DNA from: an uncultured Chlorobiaceae bacterium
GTDB lineage: Bacteria > Bacteroidota > Chlorobiia > Chlorobiales > Chlorobiaceae
Direction of reading: 5' to 3'
Length of the DNA stretch: 64,000 nt
NCBI GenBank assembly: GCA_903871235.1
Contig: CAIQGA010000111.1
Span: 8,662 to 72,661 of the forward strand
Shown here in pieces: positions 28,500-38,130 of this stretch (positions within the stretch are counted from its first letter, which is position 1; the number at the start of each line of letters is the position of its first letter). The notes beneath the pieces are model-generated. The model saw nothing but the letters and a program-made list of their open reading frames with translations, did not search any database and was not told where the DNA came from. Both the position numbers and the translations under genes were made by a program.

Positions 28500-29863
28500 A
28501 AAAAAACAAGGTTAGCCCGCTCGAACTCTCTGCATTGCGGCGCAGGGCTGAAGAGCGCCTCGAGAAGAGTGGAGAGAAAGATAAGGGAGGGGCTCTTTCA
28601 CCGGCCGAGATGCATCGACTGATTCATGAATTGTCGGTTCACCAGATTGAGCTTGAAATGCAGCAGGAGGAGCTCATGCAGTCGCGCGATGAAATGGAGG
28701 CTGGACTTGAGCGTTATACTGAACTCTATGACTTTGCACCGGTTGGTTACCTGACGCTTGCGCGCGATGGTACCATACTTGAGGTAAACCTGACGGCAAC
28801 GAAGATGCTTGGTGTGGATCGTTCACTTTTAAAGGGGGCCCGCATTGCGCTTTTTCTTGATCCTGAGGGGATAAAGAGTTTTAATGCACTGATGGAGAGG
28901 GTTTTCAGTCATAAAGAGCCCCATTTTTGTGAGTGTATGCTGGTGCACGAAGAGAGCGCGTTGACTTTGCAACGTACGGTCTGCATTGATGCAGTTGTTC
29001 AGGACGATGGCCAGTCATGCAGGGCGGTGCTTTCGGACGTTACCCACCAGAAGCAGATTGAGAGAGAGAATGCTGCACTTCAGGCAACTCTGGTTCATGC
29101 AGAGAAGATGGAGTCGATCGGCAGGCTGGCGGGTGGTGTTGCTCATGAAATTAACAATATGCTGCAGGTGATGCTGGGTAATATTGAGATACTGATTGCT
29201 ACAGGGGATCTTGATGCCTCGATGCACCTCCCACTTGTTGACGTGCGGAATTCGATTATGAAATCAGCAGAGATTGTCAGAAAACTGCTTGTTTTTGCCC
29301 GCAAGGAGCTTGTCAATCCGACGAAACTTGATCTCAATACGTCGCTGAAGGAGATGGGGGAGCGGCTCGAATGCCTGCTGGGAGACAATATCCGGCTGAC
29401 TTTTAGCCTGGGCGAAGGGCTCTGGTCAGTGGATATGTATCTGCCGCAAATAGAACAGATCATGATTAATCTTACCCTCAATGCAAGGGATGCCATGAAG
29501 GAGGGAGGTGACTTTTTTATTGCGACCCGTAATGTTCAGGTTGATGCTCCATTTTCTCAATCGCATCCTGAAATTGAGCCGGGCGATTATGTTGTGGTCG
29601 AGGTTGGTGATAACGGATGTGGCATGGACAAGGAGACGCTTGATTTTGTTTTTGAGCCCTTTTTTACCACAAAACCGATGACCGAGGCAACCGGGCTCGG
29701 GCTTGCCGTGGTCTATGGTATTGTCCGACAGAACCTTGGCGCTATTTTTGCGCACAGTACAAAGGGAAAGGGAACAACTTTTGAGATCTATTTGCCCCGA
29801 AGTACCTCACAAGACATTTCCCTTTCACAGCCAGATGCTGTCCATGAGGGGTTTATGCCTTAA
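28496..29863 (+). CDS. PAS sensor histidine kinase (no receiver domain)
   Basis: HELSVHQIELEMQQEEL..YTELYDFAPVGYLTL N-terminus; H-box GGVAHEINNML; NLTLNARDAM; DNGCGMD; FEPFFTTK; GLGLAVV. ATGA overlap with the CheBR stop. Confidence 0.92.
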   Translation: MKKNKVSPLELSALRRRAEERLEKSGEKDKGGALSPAEMHRLIHELSVHQIELEMQQEELMQSRDEMEAGLERYTELYDFAPVGYLTLARDGTILEVNLTATKMLGVDRSLLKGARIALFLDPEGIKSFNALMERVFSHKEPHFCECMLVHEESALTLQRTVCIDAVVQDDGQSCRAVLSDVTHQKQIERENAALQATLVHAEKMESIGRLAGGVAHEINNMLQVMLGNIEILIATGDLDASMHLPLVDVRNSIMKSAEIVRKLLVFARKELVNPTKLDLNTSLKEMGERLECLLGDNIRLTFSLGEGLWSVDMYLPQIEQIMINLTLNARDAMKEGGDFFIATRNVQVDAPFSQSHPEIEPGDYVVVEVGDNGCGMDKETLDFVFEPFFTTKPMTEATGLGLAVVYGIVRQNLGAIFAHSTKGKGTTFEIYLPRSTSQDISLSQPDAVHEGFMP

Positions 29864-29923
29864 AATAAGTTATCCCTTAAAAGCCTTGAATGGCTCTTGT
29901 AACCGGGAGACAACATACTCGCG

Positions 29924-31138
29924 TCAACAGATGCTGAATTCACCCCGGGCAAGGCGCTCCGTAAAGTGGATGATACCGGCCAGTTCGTCATCAATGATTG
30001 TGGCGACCGCTTCACGGATATCCTCAATCGTCACCCCTTCCGCCGGTATGATTTGTGCCGAAGCAGAAAGAGGTCGATCAATGGGCTGGCCGATCTGGCT
30101 GCAAAGAAAGAGTGAAACCTCCTCAACTCCCTTGACCTCACGGTAGATGCGTCCGGCGCACTCCCGTGCCAGCACATTATAGATTTTACCGACGTGGCGG
30201 ACAGGGTTCTTGCCGGCAGCGGCCTCAAGGCTGAGCGGCCTTTGGAACGAAATAAGGCCGTTGACCCTGTTACCTCTACCTACTTCACCTCCATCAGCCC
30301 CTTCAGCCGAGGTGCCGAGGACGGTCAGGTAGATACCACCTTCACCCCGAGTATGGTCGTCGAGCATGTTCAGCTCTATGGTGATTTTTTCGAAGGGATG
30401 ACGCTCTTCGGCAATAAAGGCGAGCACCGCCTCTCGCACCGCTTCCTTGCGTTTGAAATAGGTGGCGGTATCGGCGATAAAGCGATCTACAAAGGCAACG
30501 GCAATGGTCAGGGTTACGCTGTCACGATCGCGGAATGCCATTACCTTTACATCTTCGCCAGTTTCCGGGAATGCGAGCTTGAAAGCGGGGGAGTTGAGAT
30601 GGTTTTCGACTTTAAGCACAAGGGACTCTGTACTGCTGAGCGGCGCATAGCCCACTCCGACGGAGGTGTCGTTGGCGCCGACAATGCTTCTTGAAAAGAG
30701 GTCAGTCAGCTCTGCTGAACCGGGCTTGATTTCGTTCTGGAAGAGGATGTGCAGGCAGGGGTCAACAAAACGGAGGTTCTCTTTCAGCCATCTCGATGCG
30801 GCCTCTTCAGCAATTTCAGCAACAGGGATTGTTATTCCCTGGTAGTGGAAGGTCGCCCTGTCACCGAAAATAATTTTCATCGGCTCAAGTACCCTGCCTC
30901 CTCCCGGTTGTACCGCGCTTCTTCCGGCAACCAGCAGTCCCTTGTCGATGTTGTGGTGCAGAATGCTACCCGTAAGGGCAAGATACTCCCCGCAGAGGCT
31001 GATGCAGACCGCCTCCATGACCGAGTCGCAGATGGTATCGGGATGCCCTTTTCCCTTTCTCTCAATCAGCTCAACCCTGCGGATGCCAGCGGGAGCGCCG
31101 CCAGCATGTTCGACAATAATGTTCCTTGCTGCGCTCAT
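29924..31138 (-). CDS. mat: Archaeal-type methionine adenosyltransferase (SAM synthetase)
   Basis: ERKGKGHPDTICD, HHNIDK, GANDTSVGVGYAP, GEDVKVM, GRGNRVNGLI, EAAAGKNPVRHVGKIYN. Start at the ATG at 31138. Confidence 0.88.
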   Translation of the reverse strand: MSAARNIIVEHAGGAPAGIRRVELIERKGKGHPDTICDSVMEAVCISLCGEYLALTGSILHHNIDKGLLVAGRSAVQPGGGRVLEPMKIIFGDRATFHYQGITIPVAEIAEEAASRWLKENLRFVDPCLHILFQNEIKPGSAELTDLFSRSIVGANDTSVGVGYAPLSSTESLVLKVENHLNSPAFKLAFPETGEDVKVMAFRDRDSVTLTIAVAFVDRFIADTATYFKRKEAVREAVLAFIAEERHPFEKITIELNMLDDHTRGEGGIYLTVLGTSAEGADGGEVGRGNRVNGLISFQRPLSLEAAAGKNPVRHVGKIYNVLARECAGRIYREVKGVEEVSLFLCSQIGQPIDRPLSASAQIIPAEGVTIEDIREAVATIIDDELAGIIHFTERLARGEFSIC

Positions 31139-31407
31139 GTTCGCCGTGTCATGTTTTTTTTGCAAAAAGCCCATTTTTAAGCGTTTTTATGTTTAATTTA
31201 CTGTAAAAAAAGCTTTTTCCCATAGACGCTGACATTTGGGTTTGTTCTCTTTTTTTCTGCTGACCGATTTTCGGTAATTAACCATTGCGGTTCATTTCTA
31301 TTGGATAATTAGGCTATATTTGCTGTTGACGTTGTGGCTTGGCCTGTCAGAAGATCGGTACAGGTATTGGCCTTTTGAGAGTCGGCAAACACCAAAGTAT
31401 TGAAGCT

Positions 31408-34400
31408 ATGGAAGAAGAGCAAAAGCCAGGCAGGAAACATTCCGCAAAGAAAGTTGCTCCCCCTGCGAAAGTTGTTGATACCGTAAAGGAGAAGAGGCCT
31501 CTTCTATTTCCTATAATTGGTATAGGTGCTTCGGCTGGTGGCCTTGAGGCATTGGAACTCTTTTTGAAAAACGTTCCGTTTTCATCCGGTATGGCGTTTG
31601 TTATTGTCCAGCATCTTGACCCGACACACAAGGGCATTATGGCGGAACTCCTCCAGCGTTCGACCCCCATGCCGGTAGAGCAGATCACGGATGATCTGGT
31701 TGTCAAAAAAAATCATGTTTATATTATTCCGCCCAATAAGGATCTTACACTTTTTCATGGGGTATTGCGTTTACTCGACCCTGTTAAACCAAGGGGGCTG
31801 CGACTGCCGATTGACTATTTTTTCCGCTCACTGGCTGATGATTTAATGGAGCTCAGTATCGGTGTTATTCTGTCGGGGATGGGTTCAGATGGTATGTTGG
31901 GCTTGAGGGCTATCAAGGAGATAGGAGGTGGTGCTTTTGTACAGGATCCTTTGACAAGCAAGTTTGACGGTATGCCTCGCAGTGCCATCAATGCAGGCTT
32001 GGCCGATGTGGTTGCCCCTGTGGAGGAGTTACCGGGGAAAATTATCAACTTTTTTCACCATCGCCCTCATCTGGGCAGCAGTTCCAGTCTCACGTTGCAG
32101 GATAAAACGCAGAGTGCGTTCGACAAAATCATGCTCATTTTGCGACATCAGACCGGTCATGATTTCTCTCTGTACAAAAAAAGTACCATTTATCGCCGTA
32201 TTGAACGACGCATGGGCATTCACAATATTGAGCGTATTAATGACTATGTCCGTTTTTTGCAGGAAAATAGTACAGAGTCAGAATTGCTTTTTAATGAGTT
32301 GCTCATAGGGGTGACAAGTTTTTTCCGTGACCCTGCGGCATGGGAAAGGCTCAAGAGTGGTTCCATTCCCCTTTTGCTTGCATCACGCCCTGAAGGGGGT
32401 GTTTTGCGGGCATGGTCAGTTGGCTGCTCTACTGGAGAGGAGGCCTACTCTCTTGCAATTATTTTCAGGGAGGCGATAGAGGATTTAAAGCTTCCAAAAA
32501 ATTATTCGCTTCAGATTTTTGCAACAGACCTCGACAAACATGCAATTGATATTGCTCGTGAAGGTTCCTATCCCCGGAACATCGTAGCCGATGTTTCCGA
32601 AGAGCGGCTCCATCGATTTTTTACCAAGAGTGAAGAGGGGTATCGAGTTAACAAAAGTATCCGGGAACAGATAGTTTTTGCCCCTCAAAACCTCATCAAG
32701 GATCCGCCGTTCACAAAACTTGATATCCTTGTTTGCCGAAATTTACTCATTTATCTGGAACCAGAACTGCAGAAAAGGCTTGTCCCCTTGTTTCATTACA
32801 GCTTGAATCCTGGAGGGTTTCTCTTTCTTGGCAGTGCAGAAAATATGTACGGCGACACTGAATTATTCATTCCGTTTGAAGGCGCGGCACATATTTTTCA
32901 ACGCACGACCAATACCTCTGTTTCTAAATTTGTTGATTTTGCAGATACTTTTTCCGGCCTGTTTCAGCGCAGTTATCCTAAAAAAAATTTGGAGCCACCG
33001 AAAGAGTCTCCTGCAAGTATCTCTACTCTTGCGGAACGCCTTATTTTGAAGGAGTATGCTCCAGTTTCTCTTCTTACAACCCGTCAGGGTGACATTATCT
33101 ATATTAACGGTCGTACCGGAAACTATATTGAGCCGATATCAGGCAAGGCTAACTGGAATATTTTTGCCATGGTTCGTGAAGGGCTTAAATTCTCATTGAG
33201 CAACCTTTTCGAAAAGGCGTTGCGAAGCAATACAACGGCCACGGTGAAGGATGTTGTTCTTAAAAAGAACAATGAGTCGGTGATGGTCGATATGACGGTG
33301 GAACCCATAAAAAAACCTGACCAGCTCGCAGGTATGTTTCTTTTTGTCTTTACCGAAAAAAGTGTGGTTGAAAAAAAGGATATCAAGATCAGGCAAGAGG
33401 AAGAAGAAAAATTTTCCCCCGACCAAATGCAGCTTGTGGATGAACTCAAGCGTGTCCGCTCAGAGCTGCTTGCCACGCATGAAGATATGCAAACGTCGCA
33501 GGAGGAGCTCAAGAGCATGAATGAGGAGCTGCTCAGCGCCAATGAAGAGCTGCAAAGTACCAATGAAGAGCTCTCAACGGCCAAAGAGGAGATGCAGTCG
33601 CTCAATGAGGAGCTCCAAACCGTGAATCAGGAGCTGCAGGGAAAGCTTGATGAGCTGGGGCGCACCAGCGATGACATGAAAAACCTGCTTAACAGCACTC
33701 AAATTGCAACACTTTTTCTTGATGAACATCTTAATATTCGCAGTTTTACCAAAGCGATGGCCTCCATAAGCAAGTTTATGGCGATCGATAAAGGGCGCCC
33801 ATTCAGTGACATCGCCTCAACCCTGAACTATCCTGAACTGCGTGATGATGCGCTTTCGGTACTTGACACCCTTGTTTTCAAGGAAAAGCAGATCAGTACT
33901 ACCGATGAGCGATGGTTTTTGATTCGCATCATGCCCTATTGTACCCAGGACAACCATATCAATGGTCTCGTTATCACCTTTATTGATATCACCTTGAGCA
34001 AAAAGCTAGAGCTGAAACTTCTTGATGTTGAAAAGCGGTTTATGGTTCTCTTTAAACAGATGGCAGCTTGCTCACTTTTTTTGAACAGTGAGGGAACCAT
34101 CAGCATGGTTAATCCAGCCGCTGAACGATTTTTTGGGTTGACAGCATCGGAGATGGCGGGCCGGAGCTTTAAGGAGCTTAGTGTGAAGATGCTCTCGGAG
34201 GAGGGTCTGGATTTTGCGCCCGACGCAGACCCCTTTGCACAGGTATACCGAAGTGGAAAGCCGCTTAATGGCGTCGTTATGGGTTTCTCTTCTCCTTCCG
34301 GCACTGGCTGCCGATGGACGTTGATGGATGCCATTCCGCAATTTGCTGAAGACCATAGTAATCCATACCTCATCTACGTCGTGTTTGAAGAGATCCAGGA

Positions 34401-34437
34401 TCCCCAATCGCGCAACAACAAGCTAACAATCAGATGA
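31408..34437 (+). CDS. CheB-CheR fusion, copy 2
   Basis: Same architecture and catalytic motifs as copy 1 (GASAGG, VQHLDP, SGMGSDG, FFRD, GCSTGEEAYS, CRNLLIY, EELQSTNEEL). ATG at 31408. Confidence 0.93.
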   Translation: MEEEQKPGRKHSAKKVAPPAKVVDTVKEKRPLLFPIIGIGASAGGLEALELFLKNVPFSSGMAFVIVQHLDPTHKGIMAELLQRSTPMPVEQITDDLVVKKNHVYIIPPNKDLTLFHGVLRLLDPVKPRGLRLPIDYFFRSLADDLMELSIGVILSGMGSDGMLGLRAIKEIGGGAFVQDPLTSKFDGMPRSAINAGLADVVAPVEELPGKIINFFHHRPHLGSSSSLTLQDKTQSAFDKIMLILRHQTGHDFSLYKKSTIYRRIERRMGIHNIERINDYVRFLQENSTESELLFNELLIGVTSFFRDPAAWERLKSGSIPLLLASRPEGGVLRAWSVGCSTGEEAYSLAIIFREAIEDLKLPKNYSLQIFATDLDKHAIDIAREGSYPRNIVADVSEERLHRFFTKSEEGYRVNKSIREQIVFAPQNLIKDPPFTKLDILVCRNLLIYLEPELQKRLVPLFHYSLNPGGFLFLGSAENMYGDTELFIPFEGAAHIFQRTTNTSVSKFVDFADTFSGLFQRSYPKKNLEPPKESPASISTLAERLILKEYAPVSLLTTRQGDIIYINGRTGNYIEPISGKANWNIFAMVREGLKFSLSNLFEKALRSNTTATVKDVVLKKNNESVMVDMTVEPIKKPDQLAGMFLFVFTEKSVVEKKDIKIRQEEEEKFSPDQMQLVDELKRVRSELLATHEDMQTSQEELKSMNEELLSANEELQSTNEELSTAKEEMQSLNEELQTVNQELQGKLDELGRTSDDMKNLLNSTQIATLFLDEHLNIRSFTKAMASISKFMAIDKGRPFSDIASTLNYPELRDDALSVLDTLVFKEKQISTTDERWFLIRIMPYCTQDNHINGLVITFIDITLSKKLELKLLDVEKRFMVLFKQMAACSLFLNSEGTISMVNPAAERFFGLTASEMAGRSFKELSVKMLSEEGLDFAPDADPFAQVYRSGKPLNGVVMGFSSPSGTGCRWTLMDAIPQFAEDHSNPYLIYVVFEEIQDPQSRNNKLTIR

Positions 34438-34465
34438 AACGATGGTCATAAAAAAGGAACCTTTT

Positions 34466-34682
34466 ATGGCAGATTTTTCTGAAGAACAGGGTAAGGGCAA
34501 AAATTCAAAAGCCAATTCGATTGATGATTATGATGCCTTTTTTTACGACAAGGAGTAATGGTACATGCCCTGGAATTCCTATAGTTCGTGCCATTATGAA
34601 ACAAAACATGGGTTTTGTAATTCTTGATACTCAATTTGGCGAGGGAACCACTGTTCGACTCTATCTGCCTTGTTCTGCATAA
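34466..34682 (+). pseudogene. Histidine kinase HATPase C-terminal remnant
   Basis: With one T removed from the T7 run at 34538-34544 it reads DAFFTTRSNGTCPGIPIVRAIMKQNMGFVILDTQFGEGTTVRLYLP, aligning to EPFFTTK...GLGLAVVYGIVRQNLGAI...GKGTTFEIYLP of the kinase at 28496. Confidence 0.75.
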
Positions 34683-34733
34683 TATTTTTATAACACCTTT
34701 ACATGCTGCGGCAATCAGGCAAAAGGGATACTT

Positions 34734-36161
34734 ATGATTTTACAAGATGAGCATGTTTCATCGGTCGCTACAGTTGCATCGTCCGAGTTACGATATCGCC
34801 GGCTTTTTGAGAGCGCGCAGGATGGGATATTGATTCTTGACTTCGAGAGTGGTAAAATCGTCGATGCCAACCCTTTTATTGCCAAACTGATCGGTTACGC
34901 ATGCAATGAACTTCTTGGTAAGGAGCTTTGGGAGATTGGATTCATTGTCGACAAGGAGTTTGCGCGGAAGGCGTACGAGGAACTTCAGTCAAAAAATTAC
35001 ATCCGTTACGAAGATTTGCCATTGCAGCATAAAAAGGGCCAAATTATTGACGTTGAGTTTGTCAGTAATGTCTATGATGTCGGTCGTGAAAAAGTGATTC
35101 AGTGCAGCATTCGCGATGTTTCAGAGAGGAAATTTCTGGCTCAATCAGTCGCCCGCTCCGAGCTGCGCTACCGCAGTCTGTTTGAGAATGCGCAGAACGG
35201 TATCATGATTCTCGACTTCATGAGTGGTAAAATTGTCGATGCCAATCCGTTTATTCTTGATTTGCTGGGGTTTTCTGCGCATGAACTTTGCGGCAAAGAG
35301 CTCTGGGAAATCGGTTCTACGATTGACAAGGAGTTTGCGCTGCAGGCGTTTGAGGCGTTACAGAAGAAAAATTATATCCGGTATGAAAATCTGCCACTGA
35401 GAAAGAAATATGGTCAGTTGATTGATGTAGAGTTTACAGGCTCGGTGTACGATGTCGGCGGGGAAAAAGTGATTCAATGCGATATACGCGACATCTCAAA
35501 CCAGAAAAAACTGGTGCTCTATCAAAATCTTGCAATTTCAAATATGGAGGATCTCGTTAATGCTCTGGTCGCCATGAGCGAAGCAAGGGATCCTTATACG
35601 GCTGGCCACCAGCAACGGGTTTCGGAGCTCTCGGTAGCCATAGCCAAGGAGTTGCATTACTCTGAGGCCAATCTGGAAGGGTTGCGAATGAGCACCATGC
35701 TGCACGATATCGGCAAGTTTGCCATTCCGGCAGAGATTTTGACAAAACCGACGGAATTGACTGAGGACGAGGTGGGGTTGTTGCGTAGCCATGTTGTTGA
35801 AGGGTATAAAATCCTCAAGCTCATCCATTTTCCCTGGCCGGTGGCGCAAACCGTGTTGCAGCATCACGAACGTCTTGATGGCAGCGGTTATCCAAACGGC
35901 CTCAAGGGCGACAGTATCAGTGACGAGGCACGCATTATTGCTGTGGCCGATACCGTTGAGGCGCTGACCAGTTCAAGGCCCTACCGGTCAGCCGTCGGGC
36001 TCGACATCGCCTTGATGAACATTCAGGAGGAGAGTGACCGATTGTTTGATCCAAAAATTGTAGCCGTATGCCTGAGGCTTTTTAAAGAGAAGAAATTCAA
36101 GTTTTCTGCATCAAAGCTCAAGGTCTCATACACTGTTCAAAGTGTAAGAAAGTCCCTTTAA
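34734..36161 (+). CDS. PAS-PAS-HD-GYP cyclic-di-GMP phosphodiesterase
   Basis: RDPYTAGHQQRV, LHDIGK, HHERLDGSGYPNGL, ADTVEAL..RPYR. Confidence 0.92.
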   Translation: MILQDEHVSSVATVASSELRYRRLFESAQDGILILDFESGKIVDANPFIAKLIGYACNELLGKELWEIGFIVDKEFARKAYEELQSKNYIRYEDLPLQHKKGQIIDVEFVSNVYDVGREKVIQCSIRDVSERKFLAQSVARSELRYRSLFENAQNGIMILDFMSGKIVDANPFILDLLGFSAHELCGKELWEIGSTIDKEFALQAFEALQKKNYIRYENLPLRKKYGQLIDVEFTGSVYDVGGEKVIQCDIRDISNQKKLVLYQNLAISNMEDLVNALVAMSEARDPYTAGHQQRVSELSVAIAKELHYSEANLEGLRMSTMLHDIGKFAIPAEILTKPTELTEDEVGLLRSHVVEGYKILKLIHFPWPVAQTVLQHHERLDGSGYPNGLKGDSISDEARIIAVADTVEALTSSRPYRSAVGLDIALMNIQEESDRLFDPKIVAVCLRLFKEKKFKFSASKLKVSYTVQSVRKSL

Positions 36162-36178
36162 CCCTCACGAGATTTGCC

Positions 36179-38047
36179 ATGCAGCCTGATACCATGAAGA
36201 GTAACGGTTTTCTCGACAAAAACAGTGGGTTCTCATTTTTTTCACTCTTTTTTACTCTTTTGGAACCGGTCTTTCTTGTTGACACAGAGGGTGTCATTCT
36301 TGATGCCAATACGGCTTTTTGCGACCAGTTTTGCACCTCCGTGACGGAGTGCCGTGGTAAAAATTATCATAGGTTGCTTTTGCCTGAAATAGCCGATCAG
36401 CGGTTGACCATGATAAAAGAGGCCGTGCGCACTCGGAAAACAGTTTTCTGGGACGATGAACAGGATGAAAAATTTCTGCGCTACAGCGTTCATCCCTGTC
36501 AATCCCCGCAGGGTGAAATCACTCAATTGCTGATCATTGCCCAGGATGTTACCGATATCCTGAAGTCGTTGAAAAATGAGAGGCTGTTCAGTACATCGGT
36601 TATTGAAGCCATTCCCGGCTCCTTTTATGTCATTGATGCAGGCGGAAAAATGACGGTGTGGAATCGTTACGTTCGTGACCAGATTTTTGGTAAAGCTGAA
36701 AGCGAGATGCGGGGTATTATTGGTATCGAGTGCATTCATCCGGATGACAGGGCGATGATGGCTGAGAAAATAGAGAGGATTATGAAACACGGCGAAGAGT
36801 TGATCGCTGAAACCAAGGTACTGCTTCTTGGCGGCCCGGAATGGAGGAGCTTTTTGATGACCGGCAACAGAATGGTGATTGACGGAAATCCGTTTCTTAT
36901 TGGTGCAGGTATTGATATTACAGCGCGGAAAGCGGCCGAGGAAGAGGTTGCGCTTCAGTTGCAACATATACGCTCTTTACGGGAAATTGACCTTGCCGTA
37001 AGGGGAACTACCGATGTCTACCTCTCGCTTAAAATTATTCTTGACTTCACCCTTTCAGAGCTGCATGTTGATGCTGCGGATTTTCTTTTAATGGAGCGCT
37101 CTCTCAATACACTGAGTTATGTTGTGGGATGCGGGTTTCGGGCGAAAAAAATTGAACGTACCGATTTACACATCATACCAGGCTCTGCCTATGAGTGCCT
37201 GCTTGAACACAAAGAGCTGCATCTTTCAAACTGTGGCGGGGTGCAGGGTGAATTTTTGCCCTCTTCTCTTATGACGAGTGAGGGATTTGTTGACTACTAC
37301 GTCATCCCTTTGGTTGTTAAAGGGGAGCTTATTGGTCTTTTTGAAGTTTTTCAACGTACCGCACTCCAGTTAACTCTTGATGGTTTTGATTTTATCCATA
37401 CTCTGGCAGGGCAGGCGGCTATGGCGATTGAAGATTATCGATCAGTCAGAAGCTTGCGTCTGGCCAATCAGGAGCTGTTGCGGGCCTATGATGCGACCAT
37501 TGAGGGGTGGTCGCACGCACTTGATTTGCGCGACGAAGAGACCGAAGGCCACTCCCGGCGCGTGACAGAGATGACCATGAAGCTTGCCCGCGCAGCCGCA
37601 ATCCCGGATGAAGCGTTGCCAGATATTCGTCGCGGATCCTATTTGCATGATATTGGCAAGATGGCTCTCCCTGATGCGATTCTTTTTAAGGATGATCAGT
37701 TGACAGAGGAGGAGTGGGTTGTCATGCGCAAGCATCCTGTGTTTGCCTATGAATTTCTTTCACCGATCACCTACCTGCATGGGGCGCTCGATATACCCTA
37801 TTGCCATCATGAAAAATGGGATGGAAGCGGTTACCCTCGGGGATTGAAAGGGGAGCAAATTCCATTGGCCGCGCGTTTGTTCGCAATTGTTGATGTGTGG
37901 GATGCCCTGCAGTCTAATCGCCGCTATCGCCAGGGTTTGCCGAAGCAGGAATTGATTGAGCATATCAAATCGCTTTCCGGCACGCACTTCGACCCCGAAA
38001 TTGTTGCTCTGTTTCTGGATATGATAACCACAGGGGAGTTGCCCTGA
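36179..38047 (+). CDS. PAS-PAS-GAF-HD-GYP cyclic-di-GMP phosphodiesterase
   Basis: RDEETEGHSRRV, LHDIGK, HHEKWDGSGYPRGL, DVWDAL..RRYR. Confidence 0.92.
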   Translation: MQPDTMKSNGFLDKNSGFSFFSLFFTLLEPVFLVDTEGVILDANTAFCDQFCTSVTECRGKNYHRLLLPEIADQRLTMIKEAVRTRKTVFWDDEQDEKFLRYSVHPCQSPQGEITQLLIIAQDVTDILKSLKNERLFSTSVIEAIPGSFYVIDAGGKMTVWNRYVRDQIFGKAESEMRGIIGIECIHPDDRAMMAEKIERIMKHGEELIAETKVLLLGGPEWRSFLMTGNRMVIDGNPFLIGAGIDITARKAAEEEVALQLQHIRSLREIDLAVRGTTDVYLSLKIILDFTLSELHVDAADFLLMERSLNTLSYVVGCGFRAKKIERTDLHIIPGSAYECLLEHKELHLSNCGGVQGEFLPSSLMTSEGFVDYYVIPLVVKGELIGLFEVFQRTALQLTLDGFDFIHTLAGQAAMAIEDYRSVRSLRLANQELLRAYDATIEGWSHALDLRDEETEGHSRRVTEMTMKLARAAAIPDEALPDIRRGSYLHDIGKMALPDAILFKDDQLTEEEWVVMRKHPVFAYEFLSPITYLHGALDIPYCHHEKWDGSGYPRGLKGEQIPLAARLFAIVDVWDALQSNRRYRQGLPKQELIEHIKSLSGTHFDPEIVALFLDMITTGELP

Positions 38048-38130
38048 ACGCTTGTCAGGATGGGCAGCATCCCTGGTTATTGGCAGAAGGGTTGTGAAGG
38101 GGGAAGAACAGTGTGGTGTCGAACGCTGCT

